Source: a virus (taxonomy: Duplodnaviria; Heunggongvirae; Uroviricota; Caudoviricetes). Taken from it: DNA of 55,003 nucleotides. The stretch's first letter is position 1; every line of letters starts with the position of its first letter. The translations under genes and the position numbers were made by a program. The notes below the pieces were generated by a model, which saw nothing but the letters and a program-made list of their open reading frames with translations, searched no databases and was not told the DNA's origin. The stretch lies in the IMG/VR virus record IMGVR_UViG_2740892523_000006; one strand, written 5' to 3'. Positions 9,631 through 19,969 of this stretch are shown here, piece after piece.

Positions 9631-10706
9631 GTGATTTCCCCCACGGTCAGCAACTCTGTATCTCCGGCCATCACGGACTTCAGCGGGCTGCGAACTTCAA
9701 AATCCTCCAGTCCTTTCACCCCTGCAACAGCCCGCCAGAATGATGAAGGCAATACAAGTCCACCCGGCCGCGATTCGTTATAAAGCAGGTCTGTTAATGC
9801 CTGTTTTACGGCAGCCTGATTTTCCGGCGTTTTGGGTACAATCCTGATCTCAAACGCCACCGGCTTATTGGTCAGCTTAAACACGCTGATTGTCGGCCCA
9901 AGTGGCTGACCAACGGGCTGGCCCGTCGCCGGATCATCATGACTGCGGATATAATCCGCCACCCGCTTCACATCACCTTCTCCGGGGAAAATGTCAGGGT
10001 TATTATCCTGAACAAAAGTCACACCAACACTACCCGCCTCAGGCCATTCAGGCTTACACCATGCCCGCGTCACGCCCGGTACTTCCCGTGCCCAGCGTTC
10101 AAAATCATACTGTGTTCCCCCTGATGGCGGGTTCTGTACCCGGAATACCAGCCTGGACAGCAACTCCGGCACCGTTTCCACATCCGCACCACCGGTGAGT
10201 CCCGTGCCGGTGACCGTGGCTGTCTGGTTGATGCCCGCCTGTGGCGTGATAAAGGACAGGCGGGTTCCGGTCGGGGTATTTCCAGCGCGCCCCGCACTTT
10301 CCGCCTCCACATTAACATTCAGTGTTCCGGCTTTTCCGGTCGCAGAGCCGGTGATGCGGTACACAACACCATCGCTTCGCTGAAGGAGTACGCCTTCCGT
10401 GATCCCTGCATCCGTGGTCAGCATCAGTTGTACCGGTCCGTCAGCGCGGGAAGCCGGTTTACGGATGACACCCCAGAATGCGCAGTGTTTCAGGAGTTCG
10501 GCTTCATCAGCTTCTGTCGGAATTATCTGCCGGGAGATCCAGGCCAGATGTTCATGCTCCTGTGCTGACAGACCCGCCAGTGCATACGCAATGGCATTCA
10601 GGGTGGTTTCATTCACGCCCGGCTGCGAACCGGGCAGGCGCTGGCTGATATCCTGTTGTGTCTGTGTGATCAGTTGCGCCAGTGGTAAGGGCTGATAAGG
10701 CATCAT
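9621..10706 (-). CDS. Baseplate J-like protein (Mu gp47 position)
   Basis: 361 aa; position and size in baseplate module; family not verified. Confidence 0.6.
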   Translation of the reverse strand: MMPYQPLPLAQLITQTQQDISQRLPGSQPGVNETTLNAIAYALAGLSAQEHEHLAWISRQIIPTEADEAELLKHCAFWGVIRKPASRADGPVQLMLTTDAGITEGVLLQRSDGVVYRITGSATGKAGTLNVNVEAESAGRAGNTPTGTRLSFITPQAGINQTATVTGTGLTGGADVETVPELLSRLVFRVQNPPSGGTQYDFERWAREVPGVTRAWCKPEWPEAGSVGVTFVQDNNPDIFPGEGDVKRVADYIRSHDDPATGQPVGQPLGPTISVFKLTNKPVAFEIRIVPKTPENQAAVKQALTDLLYNESRPGGLVLPSSFWRAVAGVKGLEDFEVRSPLKSVMAGDTELLTVGEITWL

Positions 10707-11140
10707 TCCCCCTTCATATCAGCATAAAAAATCATCGGATGTCTGCTTCCGTCCGGCAGGGTGATTTTCACGGAAAGCGAAAGGCGAGCATGCCCCACAC
10801 GCATGGCATGACATACCACGGATGTGGCAGCACCGCTTTTATGCAGCCACGCCAGCGCTTCATCAGCATAGGCCTGTGCACGGCTGACCACGGAGGACAG
10901 CGTCTTTTCACGGCTTAACAGCCAGAGACGGGAGCCAACGGGGCGCTCCCGGAAACTGTCTCCCCACCATCCCCGACGGTCACGGGTGCCGTCAGGGATT
11001 TCATCGGAATCCAGCGCCCGCCTGTCCGTAAACAGTGAAATAATGACCGCAGTCAGCAGGCTGTTATCCGTCAGAAGATCTGCGCCGTTCAGTTGCAGGG
11101 AACCGCAACCCTGATCCCAGACGACAGCAATATCAGCCAT
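10703..11140 (-). CDS. Baseplate protein (Mu gp46 position)
   Basis: ATG at 11140 (MADIAVVWDQGCGSLQL...) overlaps upstream stop; ORF track 5-prime extension is probably out-of-frame overlap. Confidence 0.55.
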   Translation of the reverse strand: MADIAVVWDQGCGSLQLNGADLLTDNSLLTAVIISLFTDRRALDSDEIPDGTRDRRGWWGDSFRERPVGSRLWLLSREKTLSSVVSRAQAYADEALAWLHKSGAATSVVCHAMRVGHARLSLSVKITLPDGSRHPMIFYADMKGE

Positions 11141-11747
11141 TCTCTGGTCCTCCCGTTTTGCTGCCTTCACCGTTATCGTGATGCACATGACCTGAATAGG
11201 TGATCCCGGCAATAACCGCTTCGGACATCGTGAACGTCCCCTGTGATCTTCCGGTGCCGTCAATGGACACATTGCCTTTGACATGCAGGTTCTTATCCAC
11301 TGTGACATTACCGGTAAAGTGAGCCTCCGGTGTATCCACCTGAACACCTTCATCGGCGTAAATCTCCAGCGTCTTACAGGTCACAATGATCCGGCCGTTC
11401 TTTGTCAGACGTATGCGGTGCCCCTCATGGTGATACACGCCGGTATCTCCGGCGGTAAGTCCGGTCGGGCGACTGCGGCGGTCTTCCACCACAAGCACCA
11501 CGGCCTGATCCCGTTGTCCGCCAGCACAGGCCAGAAAAACTTCCGCACCAGGCAGGGGGACGCTGATTTGCCCGTACTGCTGGGGGCGTTCAACGTCATC
11601 AAAGGTTTCACCATCCATACCGGTGATTTGCACATTCTGGATTTTCAGCGTGTCCGTTGTGCCGGTCAGTACACCACGCCCGAACAGCAGACGAACACCC
11701 CGCATCACGGGGGCCAGAAGGCGGCTGATGACTTCGTCATTCATCAT
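11133..11747 (-). CDS. Baseplate assembly/spike protein (Mu gp45 position)
   Basis: 204 aa in baseplate module; synteny. Confidence 0.55.
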   Translation of the reverse strand: MMNDEVISRLLAPVMRGVRLLFGRGVLTGTTDTLKIQNVQITGMDGETFDDVERPQQYGQISVPLPGAEVFLACAGGQRDQAVVLVVEDRRSRPTGLTAGDTGVYHHEGHRIRLTKNGRIIVTCKTLEIYADEGVQVDTPEAHFTGNVTVDKNLHVKGNVSIDGTGRSQGTFTMSEAVIAGITYSGHVHHDNGEGSKTGGPENG

Positions 11748-12861
11748 TGAATTTAATCCCCTGTTTTTTCATCTGTGCCCGCACGAAGGCGTCCACGTCA
11801 CCCGCATTTCCGCTTCCGCTGTTTCCCGGCTCTGCCGGAACAATAAAGCCGTCACGGGGTGCCAGAATCAGACGGGTGGTTTCGCCGTGATTTGCATCCA
11901 GCGAAAACTCCACCTGACAGACAAGAAGATCACGCTCTTCCACTCCGGTACGGGGAGCCGTGACAGCCGTCAGCAGGTTGATATCCCACAACTGGCCGTT
12001 CTCCCGAAACCAGTGCCGCACGGTGGCTGTCAGGCGCACAGAGCGGGCAACCGCCCGGCGCATTTCCCGGACAGCCCTCTGGCGTGCACCGTCTGCATCA
12101 ACAGCATGATCCGCCAGCACAATTTTCGGTCTGTAACGGTGGATGGCACTGTCTGTCACCGTACCAACTGGTGCGGCCAGCGTTCCGGCTGTCAGTGCAT
12201 CCCCGGCATGACCACCACCACGCCCGTGCCCCCGTACACGGTATTCACTGTGGCGCAGACGGTGATCCACGTTGTGATCCAAATCCAGCAGATTTTCGCC
12301 CAGCGTCAGCGTGTCACCACGCTGACTGCCGGCCTGAGTGAAAACCAGTTCACCGGCGGCATTACTGGTTACCAGGACGCCTCTGTGTCTCGCGGCCCGT
12401 GTCAGCGCATCTGCCACGGTTTCTGAATTTTCCAGTGTGAAGGTGGAAAAGGGCCGGGCTGCCGTTGCATCATTTACCTGCCAGCGCACCGTGACCCCGA
12501 ACGGAGCACACAAATCTGAAGCAATGTGCTCCAGCGTGCGGTTCCTCCACTGGCTGCCCGGATGAATGGCTGAACAGTCCACCAGGTCACCGGTTTTATC
12601 CCGTCCGCTGAGCGTGATCTGAAAACGCGTGGCGCTGATGCGCTGCCGGACCTGATCCAGCCAGCCAGTGATCACAGGCTGACCGTCAATGCGCAATTCC
12701 AGAGACTGACCGGCACGGACGGATGACGGAAGGCGTACACCGGGCATCATTACCCCCAGTTCAAAGGAGCCCGCCAGATGTTCAAGAGAGCGACGAACAC
12801 TCACCGTCAGCCAGCCGGAAAAAATCTCACCGCCCAGATACAGTTCAACCCTGCTGCTCAC
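11737..12861 (-). CDS. Baseplate hub/tail protein (Mu P/gp44 position)
   Basis: 374 aa downstream of DNA circularisation gene; synteny. Confidence 0.6.
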   Translation of the reverse strand: MSSRVELYLGGEIFSGWLTVSVRRSLEHLAGSFELGVMMPGVRLPSSVRAGQSLELRIDGQPVITGWLDQVRQRISATRFQITLSGRDKTGDLVDCSAIHPGSQWRNRTLEHIASDLCAPFGVTVRWQVNDATAARPFSTFTLENSETVADALTRAARHRGVLVTSNAAGELVFTQAGSQRGDTLTLGENLLDLDHNVDHRLRHSEYRVRGHGRGGGHAGDALTAGTLAAPVGTVTDSAIHRYRPKIVLADHAVDADGARQRAVREMRRAVARSVRLTATVRHWFRENGQLWDINLLTAVTAPRTGVEERDLLVCQVEFSLDANHGETTRLILAPRDGFIVPAEPGNSGSGNAGDVDAFVRAQMKKQGIKFNDE

Positions 12862-14215
12862 TAATCACCTCCACTGAATGGCCTCCGGGAATGAACAGCG
12901 GATCAATAATACCGTTACGGCGCACAAAACGTTGCCAGCCGGTACTGTTCCCGGTGGCACGGTACAGGGTCACCAGTGCAGGCTCGGTGGTACGTACAGT
13001 CACTACTGTTGCACCGGGTAGCTGAACTCCCCGTGTATTCAGATCCTCTGTCAGTGCCAGTCTGGCATCACGAAGCGTCAGCGCCGTGGCGGTATACCCC
13101 TGCCCGGACAGTGTCATCACCTGCCGTTCGAGCGCTTCGCTTAAGTCACGGTTAATGCGCTGAAGATCAACTGAACTTTCCAGCCAGACAGGCCAGGTAC
13201 GGTGGGCTGCGTCACTGTCCGGCAGGGTTTCCTGACTGAGAACCTGATCCAGCAGTTTTCCCACGGTCTGTGCCTGGGCCACCACGGCAGCACTCTGCAT
13301 TACCGCCCGTATCAGACGAATATTCTTTTGTGCTGCCGGTGTCAGACCGATGAGAGTCTGCGGATTATCCTGCTCATCCAGCACGTAACGCAGGGAAGAT
13401 AATGTCCTGTACAGTTGTGGCATTCCCTGAGAGACGGCGGATGTCGTCCGGCCGATACTGCCACCGGGCCGGGTATTCAGGCCTCCTGAAGACAGTGACG
13501 GCAGCGATGGCAGGGTGATCAGGGCACTGAAAAGCCCCGCAAAAGATGAGGCCATGCGGGAAGGTGCTGTCAGTAATGCCGTGGCATTCCCTTTCAGCGC
13601 CGTGAACGTGGCAGTAAAGGCACTGATATCCTGTACAATCCCCATGCCGGAAACGGCATTTTCCAGGGCGGACACCTTATCGCTGATGGTTTCGGTCATT
13701 GCCTGGACATCGTGCATTCCGTCAGAAATCACCGTCCAGCCCGCTTCCAGGGTTTCAAAAACCTTCCCGAGCGCGGTGGTACTCTTCTGCTCCAGAATGG
13801 CGGCCGTGTCCTGTGTGACAGCAGGTGCGGTATCATCACTTACCGGCGTGACATTAATGGTGAACTCAACCACGCCCTGTTCAGCAGCGTTATAACGACT
13901 TTCAAAGCTGTTTATCAGCACATTTAACGTGCCGTAATCCGGGTGAAGCAGCTCCCCGGCACCGGGAGCACGAAGGGCATCACGCAGACGATTTCGCTGT
14001 GTCTGAACATCATCCCCCATCACAAGTACACTGAACGTAAATTCAGCCAGTTTAGGTCCCAGATCGTCTGCACCACCGGTTTCCCGTAACGGATATTCCC
14101 GACGGACAATGTTTCGCCCGCCACGTTCGCGCTGCTCACGCCAGACGAGGAACGGCACACCACGGAACGCACCACGACCGTCACCAGAGGCCATAATTCC
14201 CTCCGTTCCAGACAT
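12845..14215 (-). CDS. DNA circularisation protein N-like (Mu gp43 position)
   Basis: 456 aa directly after tape measure; synteny. Confidence 0.6.
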   Translation of the reverse strand: MSGTEGIMASGDGRGAFRGVPFLVWREQRERGGRNIVRREYPLRETGGADDLGPKLAEFTFSVLVMGDDVQTQRNRLRDALRAPGAGELLHPDYGTLNVLINSFESRYNAAEQGVVEFTINVTPVSDDTAPAVTQDTAAILEQKSTTALGKVFETLEAGWTVISDGMHDVQAMTETISDKVSALENAVSGMGIVQDISAFTATFTALKGNATALLTAPSRMASSFAGLFSALITLPSLPSLSSGGLNTRPGGSIGRTTSAVSQGMPQLYRTLSSLRYVLDEQDNPQTLIGLTPAAQKNIRLIRAVMQSAAVVAQAQTVGKLLDQVLSQETLPDSDAAHRTWPVWLESSVDLQRINRDLSEALERQVMTLSGQGYTATALTLRDARLALTEDLNTRGVQLPGATVVTVRTTEPALVTLYRATGNSTGWQRFVRRNGIIDPLFIPGGHSVEVISEQQG

Positions 14216-16256
14216 TCACATCCAGTCCGTGACCGGACGTGTCATCAATATCAATACTGCGAGCCTGCCACCCTTCCGGGGCAACCAGCTCCACACGGGC
14301 AGAGGCTTTTTGTACCGCCTGTCCACTGCTTTCATCATCACTGCCCCGTAATTTCTGCCAGGCTTCAGTCAGCCATCCCCCCAGATAGTTACCGAGATAG
14401 CTGCCCACCGTAGAACCAATGGCAATCCCCACAGGTCCGGCTGCCGCCCCCAGCGCACCACCGGCAATACTGCCTGCAAGAGAGCCGACCGCTTCTCCCT
14501 TGTCTGTGGCACTGGCGCTGCCATCCAGCAGAACCGGGGCTGCCATCGCGCCAGCCCACAGGGCACCTCCACCCAGCCGGCCGGCCAGTCCACCGGCACT
14601 GCGGAAAAAGCCGGAGAAACGCCCCAGCCCCATGCGGCTACCGACAGACGAAAGTAACCCACCGGCGCGCCCCATCATGCGCCCCCAGAACCCTGCCCCA
14701 CCAGAAGAGGGAGACGGTGGCACTGGGGACGGTGGCAGGGGAGGCGTGACCGGTCTTCCGCGCCCCGGTCCGCGTTTCCTGCGGCCCCGCCCCTGACGTC
14801 CGCCTGAGGATGTATCGGTCGCGCCGGTGCCGGACAGTCCTCCTGTGGGCCAGTTTGTTACAAGTACTGGCTGAACGGCTGCCGGATTTACCCCGGTAAG
14901 AAAGTTTATAAAACGTTGCCCTCGTCCCTGAGATGTGCCTGGTGGTGTTCCGGCCGGAGGAGAGCGCCGGAAAGGTGAGGTCAGGAAGGCCGCCGCTGAT
15001 AATCCGTATCCCAGCAATGCAGCACCCGGACGTATAATCCCCGTTCCGACAGCCCGCGCCATTTTCAGGGCACGGGTGGCGAGATACATGTACAGCAGGT
15101 ATTTCGCGGCGGTCTGTGCCCCCTGACCAATGCGATCCAGCGCATCACCATAGCCCGCATCCCGCAGAGCCTGAAGCGTGTCGCGTACCTTTCTGATCGC
15201 CTGATAAAACCCTGTCACTGCATCACGGGCATACTCAAAGCCCTGGTTCATGGCTGATGCCGTGCTTTCCGCCAGGGAATGGTAACTGCCATCAGATTTG
15301 GCACTGTCAACCCATGAAAGAAATCCCCTGAGATTACCCTTCAGTTTTTCAAATGGCCCACTGTCCATCACATCCCGGGCAAACTGGTCCCAGACGTCAC
15401 CCATCATGGCCGTCAGGCCACTCCAGGAATTCATTGCGTCCTTTTGTGCTCCCCTGGCCTGTTCCGCCAGCGTCTGAAATAACAGGCGAATACTGTCCGG
15501 CCCAAGCAGCCCTTTTTCACCAAGTTTTCTGACCACTTTCTGGTCCACACCCAGACGATCAGCCAGCACGCGGTAGGCATTAATGCCGTAGGTGGCAAGA
15601 ATATTTGCATCCGCCGCCTGAATACTGCCTCTTGCATACATCTGTTTCAGTTGCAGGGATGCCCCCTGTGCATCGGACAGTGACCAGCCGCCCACGGCAC
15701 CCTGATCCTGAAGCATGGTGACAAAATTTCGGGCCTCCCTGTCACTCATACCAAAGCCCAGACTGGACGTATATTCCTGCATGACGCCAGCCAGCCCCCA
15801 GGTGGTTTCCTTCGCATTCTGTATTGCCCACCTGCGGACATCATCAGTTTTCGCCCGATCCCCTTTGTAAAGGGAGTTCAGGCGAATCATATAGGTTTCC
15901 ATCTCCGCTGCCGGGCGAATAAATCCCCGGTTAAAGCCATATACAGCAGCACCACCGGCCAGCATTCCGTAAAGATTGCTGATCCGCCCGATGGTGCCGG
16001 TAATACTGCCCTGAAGACGGTCAAAATCAGAAGTGACATGGCGGATACTGCCCCGCACCCCGGCCAGCGTGCGCTGCATCCTGCTTCCGAGTACATCTGT
16101 TTCCTGCCCGGCACGGCGGGCAGCATTTCCCAGGCCACCCAGCCCCGCCTGGCCGGAGCGTGAGAATGCCCCCAGCTCCTGTGACCACTGGCGGGATTTG
16201 GCTGAGATATTGCCGAGCAAATCAACTATCAGAGATGCTCTGAGATTTCGGGCCAT
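14181..16256 (-). CDS. Tail tape measure protein (Mu-like)
   Basis: 691 aa, Gly/Ala-rich hydrophobic C-terminal region and Pro/Arg-rich stretch; follows tube and chaperone genes. Confidence 0.75.
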   Translation of the reverse strand: MARNLRASLIVDLLGNISAKSRQWSQELGAFSRSGQAGLGGLGNAARRAGQETDVLGSRMQRTLAGVRGSIRHVTSDFDRLQGSITGTIGRISNLYGMLAGGAAVYGFNRGFIRPAAEMETYMIRLNSLYKGDRAKTDDVRRWAIQNAKETTWGLAGVMQEYTSSLGFGMSDREARNFVTMLQDQGAVGGWSLSDAQGASLQLKQMYARGSIQAADANILATYGINAYRVLADRLGVDQKVVRKLGEKGLLGPDSIRLLFQTLAEQARGAQKDAMNSWSGLTAMMGDVWDQFARDVMDSGPFEKLKGNLRGFLSWVDSAKSDGSYHSLAESTASAMNQGFEYARDAVTGFYQAIRKVRDTLQALRDAGYGDALDRIGQGAQTAAKYLLYMYLATRALKMARAVGTGIIRPGAALLGYGLSAAAFLTSPFRRSPPAGTPPGTSQGRGQRFINFLTGVNPAAVQPVLVTNWPTGGLSGTGATDTSSGGRQGRGRRKRGPGRGRPVTPPLPPSPVPPSPSSGGAGFWGRMMGRAGGLLSSVGSRMGLGRFSGFFRSAGGLAGRLGGGALWAGAMAAPVLLDGSASATDKGEAVGSLAGSIAGGALGAAAGPVGIAIGSTVGSYLGNYLGGWLTEAWQKLRGSDDESSGQAVQKASARVELVAPEGWQARSIDIDDTSGHGLDVNVWNGGNYGLW

Positions 16257-16258
16257 AC

Positions 16259-16441
16259 TTACTGCTTCGTTCTGATGATTTTTTCTGTCTGTCGGCAGTG
16301 CCGGTAAAGTTGCGACAGGGGGAGGTTAAGCGCCCATTCCGGACCGCTTTTTGTCACCATCCCCAGGATAATTGCCGCTTCTTCAATCTGATCCCGACAC
16401 TGCGCCTGATCGCCCCCGGTCAGCTGCCAGCTTTCCGGCAA
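16259..16441 (-). CDS. Small ORF overlapping end of tail chaperone gene (possible frameshift extension)
   Basis: 60-aa ORF in +1 frame relative to 16383-16877, overlap 59 nt, immediately upstream of tape measure. Confidence 0.35.
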   Translation of the reverse strand: MPESWQLTGGDQAQCRDQIEEAAIILGMVTKSGPEWALNLPLSQLYRHCRQTEKIIRTKQ

Positions 16442-16877
16442 GCGCGGTATCCAGCAGGCTGACCGCTGCCATCAGGCGGGAGAGATCGCGCTCGCTTAAC
16501 TGTCCAATCTGACGGGGTGACAACGGACCTTCAATGTCTCCCACTGCGGCAATCTGACGGCGCAGCAGTGCAACACCGCGTAACGACGGAGACGCTATCA
16601 GCATCGGGCCATTGTTTGTCTCCACCACGCGCTCGGCTTCTGCTTCTGCGTCAATACTGTCTTTCGCTGTCAGTTCCCGGAACGTGACACGATATTCACG
16701 GGTCTCACCAAACGGCAGACCATCAAGCAGATCCACATATCCCTTTGCCAGTTGCTCTGTCAGCCCGGCAGTGCGTGGATCAGCCCCCTCAAGTGCTTCC
16801 CGGATTGCCTCCATCACGGCTGCCTCGGAAACTGCCGTTTTTTTCTTACGTGTGGTCATTTTATTTTTCCTGATCAC
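16383..16877 (-). CDS. Tail assembly chaperone (Mu gp41 position)
   Basis: 164 aa between tube and tape measure; synteny. Confidence 0.55.
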   Translation of the reverse strand: MIRKNKMTTRKKKTAVSEAAVMEAIREALEGADPRTAGLTEQLAKGYVDLLDGLPFGETREYRVTFRELTAKDSIDAEAEAERVVETNNGPMLIASPSLRGVALLRRQIAAVGDIEGPLSPRQIGQLSERDLSRLMAAVSLLDTALAGKLAADRGRSGAVSGSD

Positions 16878-17239
16878 TGAACACGGGTACTGGAGGCGCT
16901 GGCGAACTTCACGGAGATCTCCCCGCCACCGTCAAGCGAGGCCGGTTCACTGCTCCAGGCCTTCGTCATCATGTGGACTTCGCCGGTATCCGCCACAAAC
17001 TCGATAGTGACCGCAGTCCAGTTGTTGATTTCATCGGCGGCTGGTGAACCTTCTCCGCCTGCCGGAAATTTGCAGTCCAGCGTCGCTTCACGTGGTTTCT
17101 GGCGGTAACCATAGACTTTCGCGCCTTTCACCACTTCACGTTCAAAACCAGACGGAGAAAATGTAGCTCCCTCAAGCGTCTCGTATTCCTGACCGTTCAC
17201 ACGGATAGTGGCCGTACCCTGATACTGTTTTCCGCTCAT
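16874..17239 (-). CDS. Tail tube protein (Mu M-like)
   Basis: 121 aa immediately after sheath gene. Confidence 0.7.
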   Translation of the reverse strand: MSGKQYQGTATIRVNGQEYETLEGATFSPSGFEREVVKGAKVYGYRQKPREATLDCKFPAGGEGSPAADEINNWTAVTIEFVADTGEVHMMTKAWSSEPASLDGGGEISVKFASASSTRVQ

Positions 17240-17247
17240 GCCTTACC

Positions 17248-18750
17248 TCACAAAATGAAACGGATCTGTGCTGCCAGGAAGCGGAACTGGTTAACCAGAT
17301 CCGGCGTGCATAACACGTCAAGACGGTTTCGATCTGACGCATTACGCTCCACAAGCAGATTCTTTTTAAAGGTGTCCAGATTTTCGACCAGCCCGAGTTC
17401 CACCCACTCTTCACCCAGCGAAATTAACTGAAGCTTCATGATCTCCGGCGTCACGATATTCTGACCGGCACGAACGGGCGTCCCGTCATCAGCCAGTTTA
17501 TGGCGCGGAAAACGTTGTGTGATAAAAGTACGCAGGGAATAACGCAGCCAGGAGAGGGTGTAGATGGTTTCCACATCCAGATAGCTGGGATCACTTTCGC
17601 CGTACACGTTCTGGCGATACATGGTCACCTGACGTTCGATCTGAACCACATCACCGGCAGCCACACTGACCGTGGCAATCCCTCCCCACAGCAGACTGTT
17701 ACGCTCTTCACGCGTCAGACGATCGGCCGGAGCCGGGGCCATGCGTGACGGAAGCGCCAGCGTCTGAAGCGGACGCGCAGGATCTGCTCCCAGAGAGGGT
17801 GCACAGGTGGCACAGACCGCCGCTGCCCAGAGGTAATCCGGTTCAGGGGCTTTGGGAATGGATGTGCAGGTCGCCAGAAAATCATTGCGTTTTGCCCCGA
17901 ATGCCTGCACCTCACCAAACGTGCCGGTATGTGCCAGCCACAGCACGCCGTCAGACATTTTGGCCGGTCCCCAGCGTTTCAGAAGCTCATCACTGATGAT
18001 TTTCAGGTTTGCATCATCCTTATAGGGCATGACGACATAGTTGTACTGGCGATCGCCCATACCCGCCACGCTTCGGGTGATATCCGGGTTAGCCGCTTTT
18101 TGTTTCGGATAGGCTATAGCGACCTGTATTCCTTCCGGGGTTGCTTCCCCGTCGTGATAGTTCAGGCGCACATCATGAACGGAGCATTCACCGGTAAAGC
18201 GGGCGGTGATCCCCAGAGACCCTTTCAGACCTGCGCCATTATCACCACTTCCTGCACCAGAGGAGGCCGTGAAGGGCGCGTCAGGATCGGCATTGATCAG
18301 CGCGGCCAGCTCGTCGGTCAGTTCTTTGCCTTTCTTACCTTTTGGTGCCGGGAGTGTATAACGCCGCCCCCCCACGCAGGCATAAACAATCCCGTCACGG
18401 GTGACCGTTCCGGTCAGATTCATGGCCGCAGCCGTTGCCTGTCCGGTGCCGTTCCCCTGAGCAATGGCATACAGTTCAGCATCAGGATTGATGGCGATAA
18501 ATTCCGCCACCATCAGGGCAATCATGGAGCCGCGCCCCCAGAGTTCTGTTGCCTGAGACGCACGGGTGATCCTGACCGGAACATCCAGAACACCGGCACC
18601 GTCCACGGCATTCTCTTTCATTCTCGCCTGACCAAACAGCAGCACACACTGACGCTGTGCCGGAGTGCCGGTGACAGCCATGGAGTTATTAAACTCAACC
18701 TCAATCAGCGGTATACGGCGGTCATTACCGATCCCGTCAAAATTAATCAT
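17248..18750 (-). CDS. Contractile tail sheath protein (Mu L-like)
   Basis: 500 aa, size and position as Mu L. Confidence 0.8.
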   Translation of the reverse strand: MINFDGIGNDRRIPLIEVEFNNSMAVTGTPAQRQCVLLFGQARMKENAVDGAGVLDVPVRITRASQATELWGRGSMIALMVAEFIAINPDAELYAIAQGNGTGQATAAAMNLTGTVTRDGIVYACVGGRRYTLPAPKGKKGKELTDELAALINADPDAPFTASSGAGSGDNGAGLKGSLGITARFTGECSVHDVRLNYHDGEATPEGIQVAIAYPKQKAANPDITRSVAGMGDRQYNYVVMPYKDDANLKIISDELLKRWGPAKMSDGVLWLAHTGTFGEVQAFGAKRNDFLATCTSIPKAPEPDYLWAAAVCATCAPSLGADPARPLQTLALPSRMAPAPADRLTREERNSLLWGGIATVSVAAGDVVQIERQVTMYRQNVYGESDPSYLDVETIYTLSWLRYSLRTFITQRFPRHKLADDGTPVRAGQNIVTPEIMKLQLISLGEEWVELGLVENLDTFKKNLLVERNASDRNRLDVLCTPDLVNQFRFLAAQIRFIL

Positions 18751-18992
18751 TGCGGTTTCTCCTTATCGGATGCCGGTTGGGCGACCGGTTTTTCTGTCGC
18801 AGTCGTTGCATCCGCAGATACAGCCGGAGCCTCTTCAGCGGCTTTTTCAGCCTGAATGACATCGCCGTCATCAAGACGCCGACACCAGAACGGCGTAAAG
18901 GGCTTTTCCTCCCCCTCCTGTGCCAGCGGGCGCATTGTGTCGGGATCACGAATCAGGCGTCCCGGCGCGGGTTTGATAAAGATGGTTTTCAT
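18747..18992 (-). CDS. Hypothetical structural protein (Mu gp38 position)
   Basis: 81 aa; synteny. Confidence 0.45.
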   Translation of the reverse strand: MKTIFIKPAPGRLIRDPDTMRPLAQEGEEKPFTPFWCRRLDDGDVIQAEKAAEEAPAVSADATTATEKPVAQPASDKEKPQ

Positions 18993-19553
18993 TTACAGTT
19001 CCTCCGGCGGTTCGACCGCCGTTGTCGTGTTCCCCGGCAAATCAATATGTGCCTCAAACGGCGGCGTACCGGGCGGCTCCACAAAGGTTTCGTAATGACG
19101 CAGGAAGTCGTCCAGCGAGCTGGTATCGGTCAGCGGTGCGATCATTTCCTCGCAGGAGAAATAAAGCGCATACATCACCGCACCACTGTCCGCCTGGGTT
19201 TCGGTGTAACCGTTGACCGCCTTTTCAAAGTAAAGCGGTGAGGTTTTTTCTGTTCTGAAGCCGTTAAGCACGGCAATCAGCCGGGCCACAATCTGATACA
19301 GTCCGGGACGGCTGGCCTCACGCCCGTTGAGCATGTCGCCGATGACGTAGAACACCCAGTGACTGACCAGGCGACCACGGGTACGGCCTTCACCGGCACC
19401 CAGCCAGGCAACGTAGATCGCCGGGGCGTTAATCAGCATGGTGCGCAGTACGCTGTCGCTCCAGTCGCCGGGATGCGTGTCAACAGACACCAGTTCATTC
19501 CCGAAATACTCACGGATACGGGCGATGTATGCCTGTTCGGTTTCCGTAATCAT
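18993..19553 (-). CDS. Hypothetical virion protein (Mu gp37 position)
   Basis: 186 aa; synteny. Confidence 0.5.
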   Translation of the reverse strand: MITETEQAYIARIREYFGNELVSVDTHPGDWSDSVLRTMLINAPAIYVAWLGAGEGRTRGRLVSHWVFYVIGDMLNGREASRPGLYQIVARLIAVLNGFRTEKTSPLYFEKAVNGYTETQADSGAVMYALYFSCEEMIAPLTDTSSLDDFLRHYETFVEPPGTPPFEAHIDLPGNTTTAVEPPEEL

Positions 19554-19969
19554 ATGAAGCCCTTCTGGTTGCGCCCGAATACCGCTGCATCAGACTGAAC
19601 CTGTGGTAAATCCCCGGATTCAGGGGCCGCACCGTTCGTATCCACACCGACCGGCACATTGCCGTTCATGACATCTTTCAGCCAGGCCAGCGCTTCACGG
19701 TAACGGTCACGCGCCTGATCGGAGGCTCGCTGATCGCACAGGTAATAAAAGGCAATCGCGCAACAGTGCTGAACAAGAACGGCCGGAATAACCTCCAGCG
19801 GCAACGTGTAACGGGCGGACAGATAGCTGTCGATAAGGGCTGACGCATCTGTCAGCGCCCGGTTCAGCTTGCGCGTGTCCGGCTCATCCGAACGGGGCAC
19901 AGCCAGTAACGGCCTGAGCAAATCCTCGCGGTAACGCGCCCGCATATCGGTTTCAGTGGCGTAATTCAT
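19550..19969 (-). CDS. Hypothetical head-tail protein (Mu gp36 position)
   Basis: 139 aa; synteny. Confidence 0.5.
   Translation of the reverse strand: MNYATETDMRARYREDLLRPLLAVPRSDEPDTRKLNRALTDASALIDSYLSARYTLPLEVIPAVLVQHCCAIAFYYLCDQRASDQARDRYREALAWLKDVMNGNVPVGVDTNGAAPESGDLPQVQSDAAVFGRNQKGFI

Noticed and set aside
17929-18855. 308-aa plus-strand ORF and many other long plus-strand ORFs (e.g. 11623-12426, 25577-26176, 48430-49188)
   Set aside because: They lie antisense within well-supported, tightly packed minus-strand structural genes in GC-rich sequence; typical spurious ORFs.
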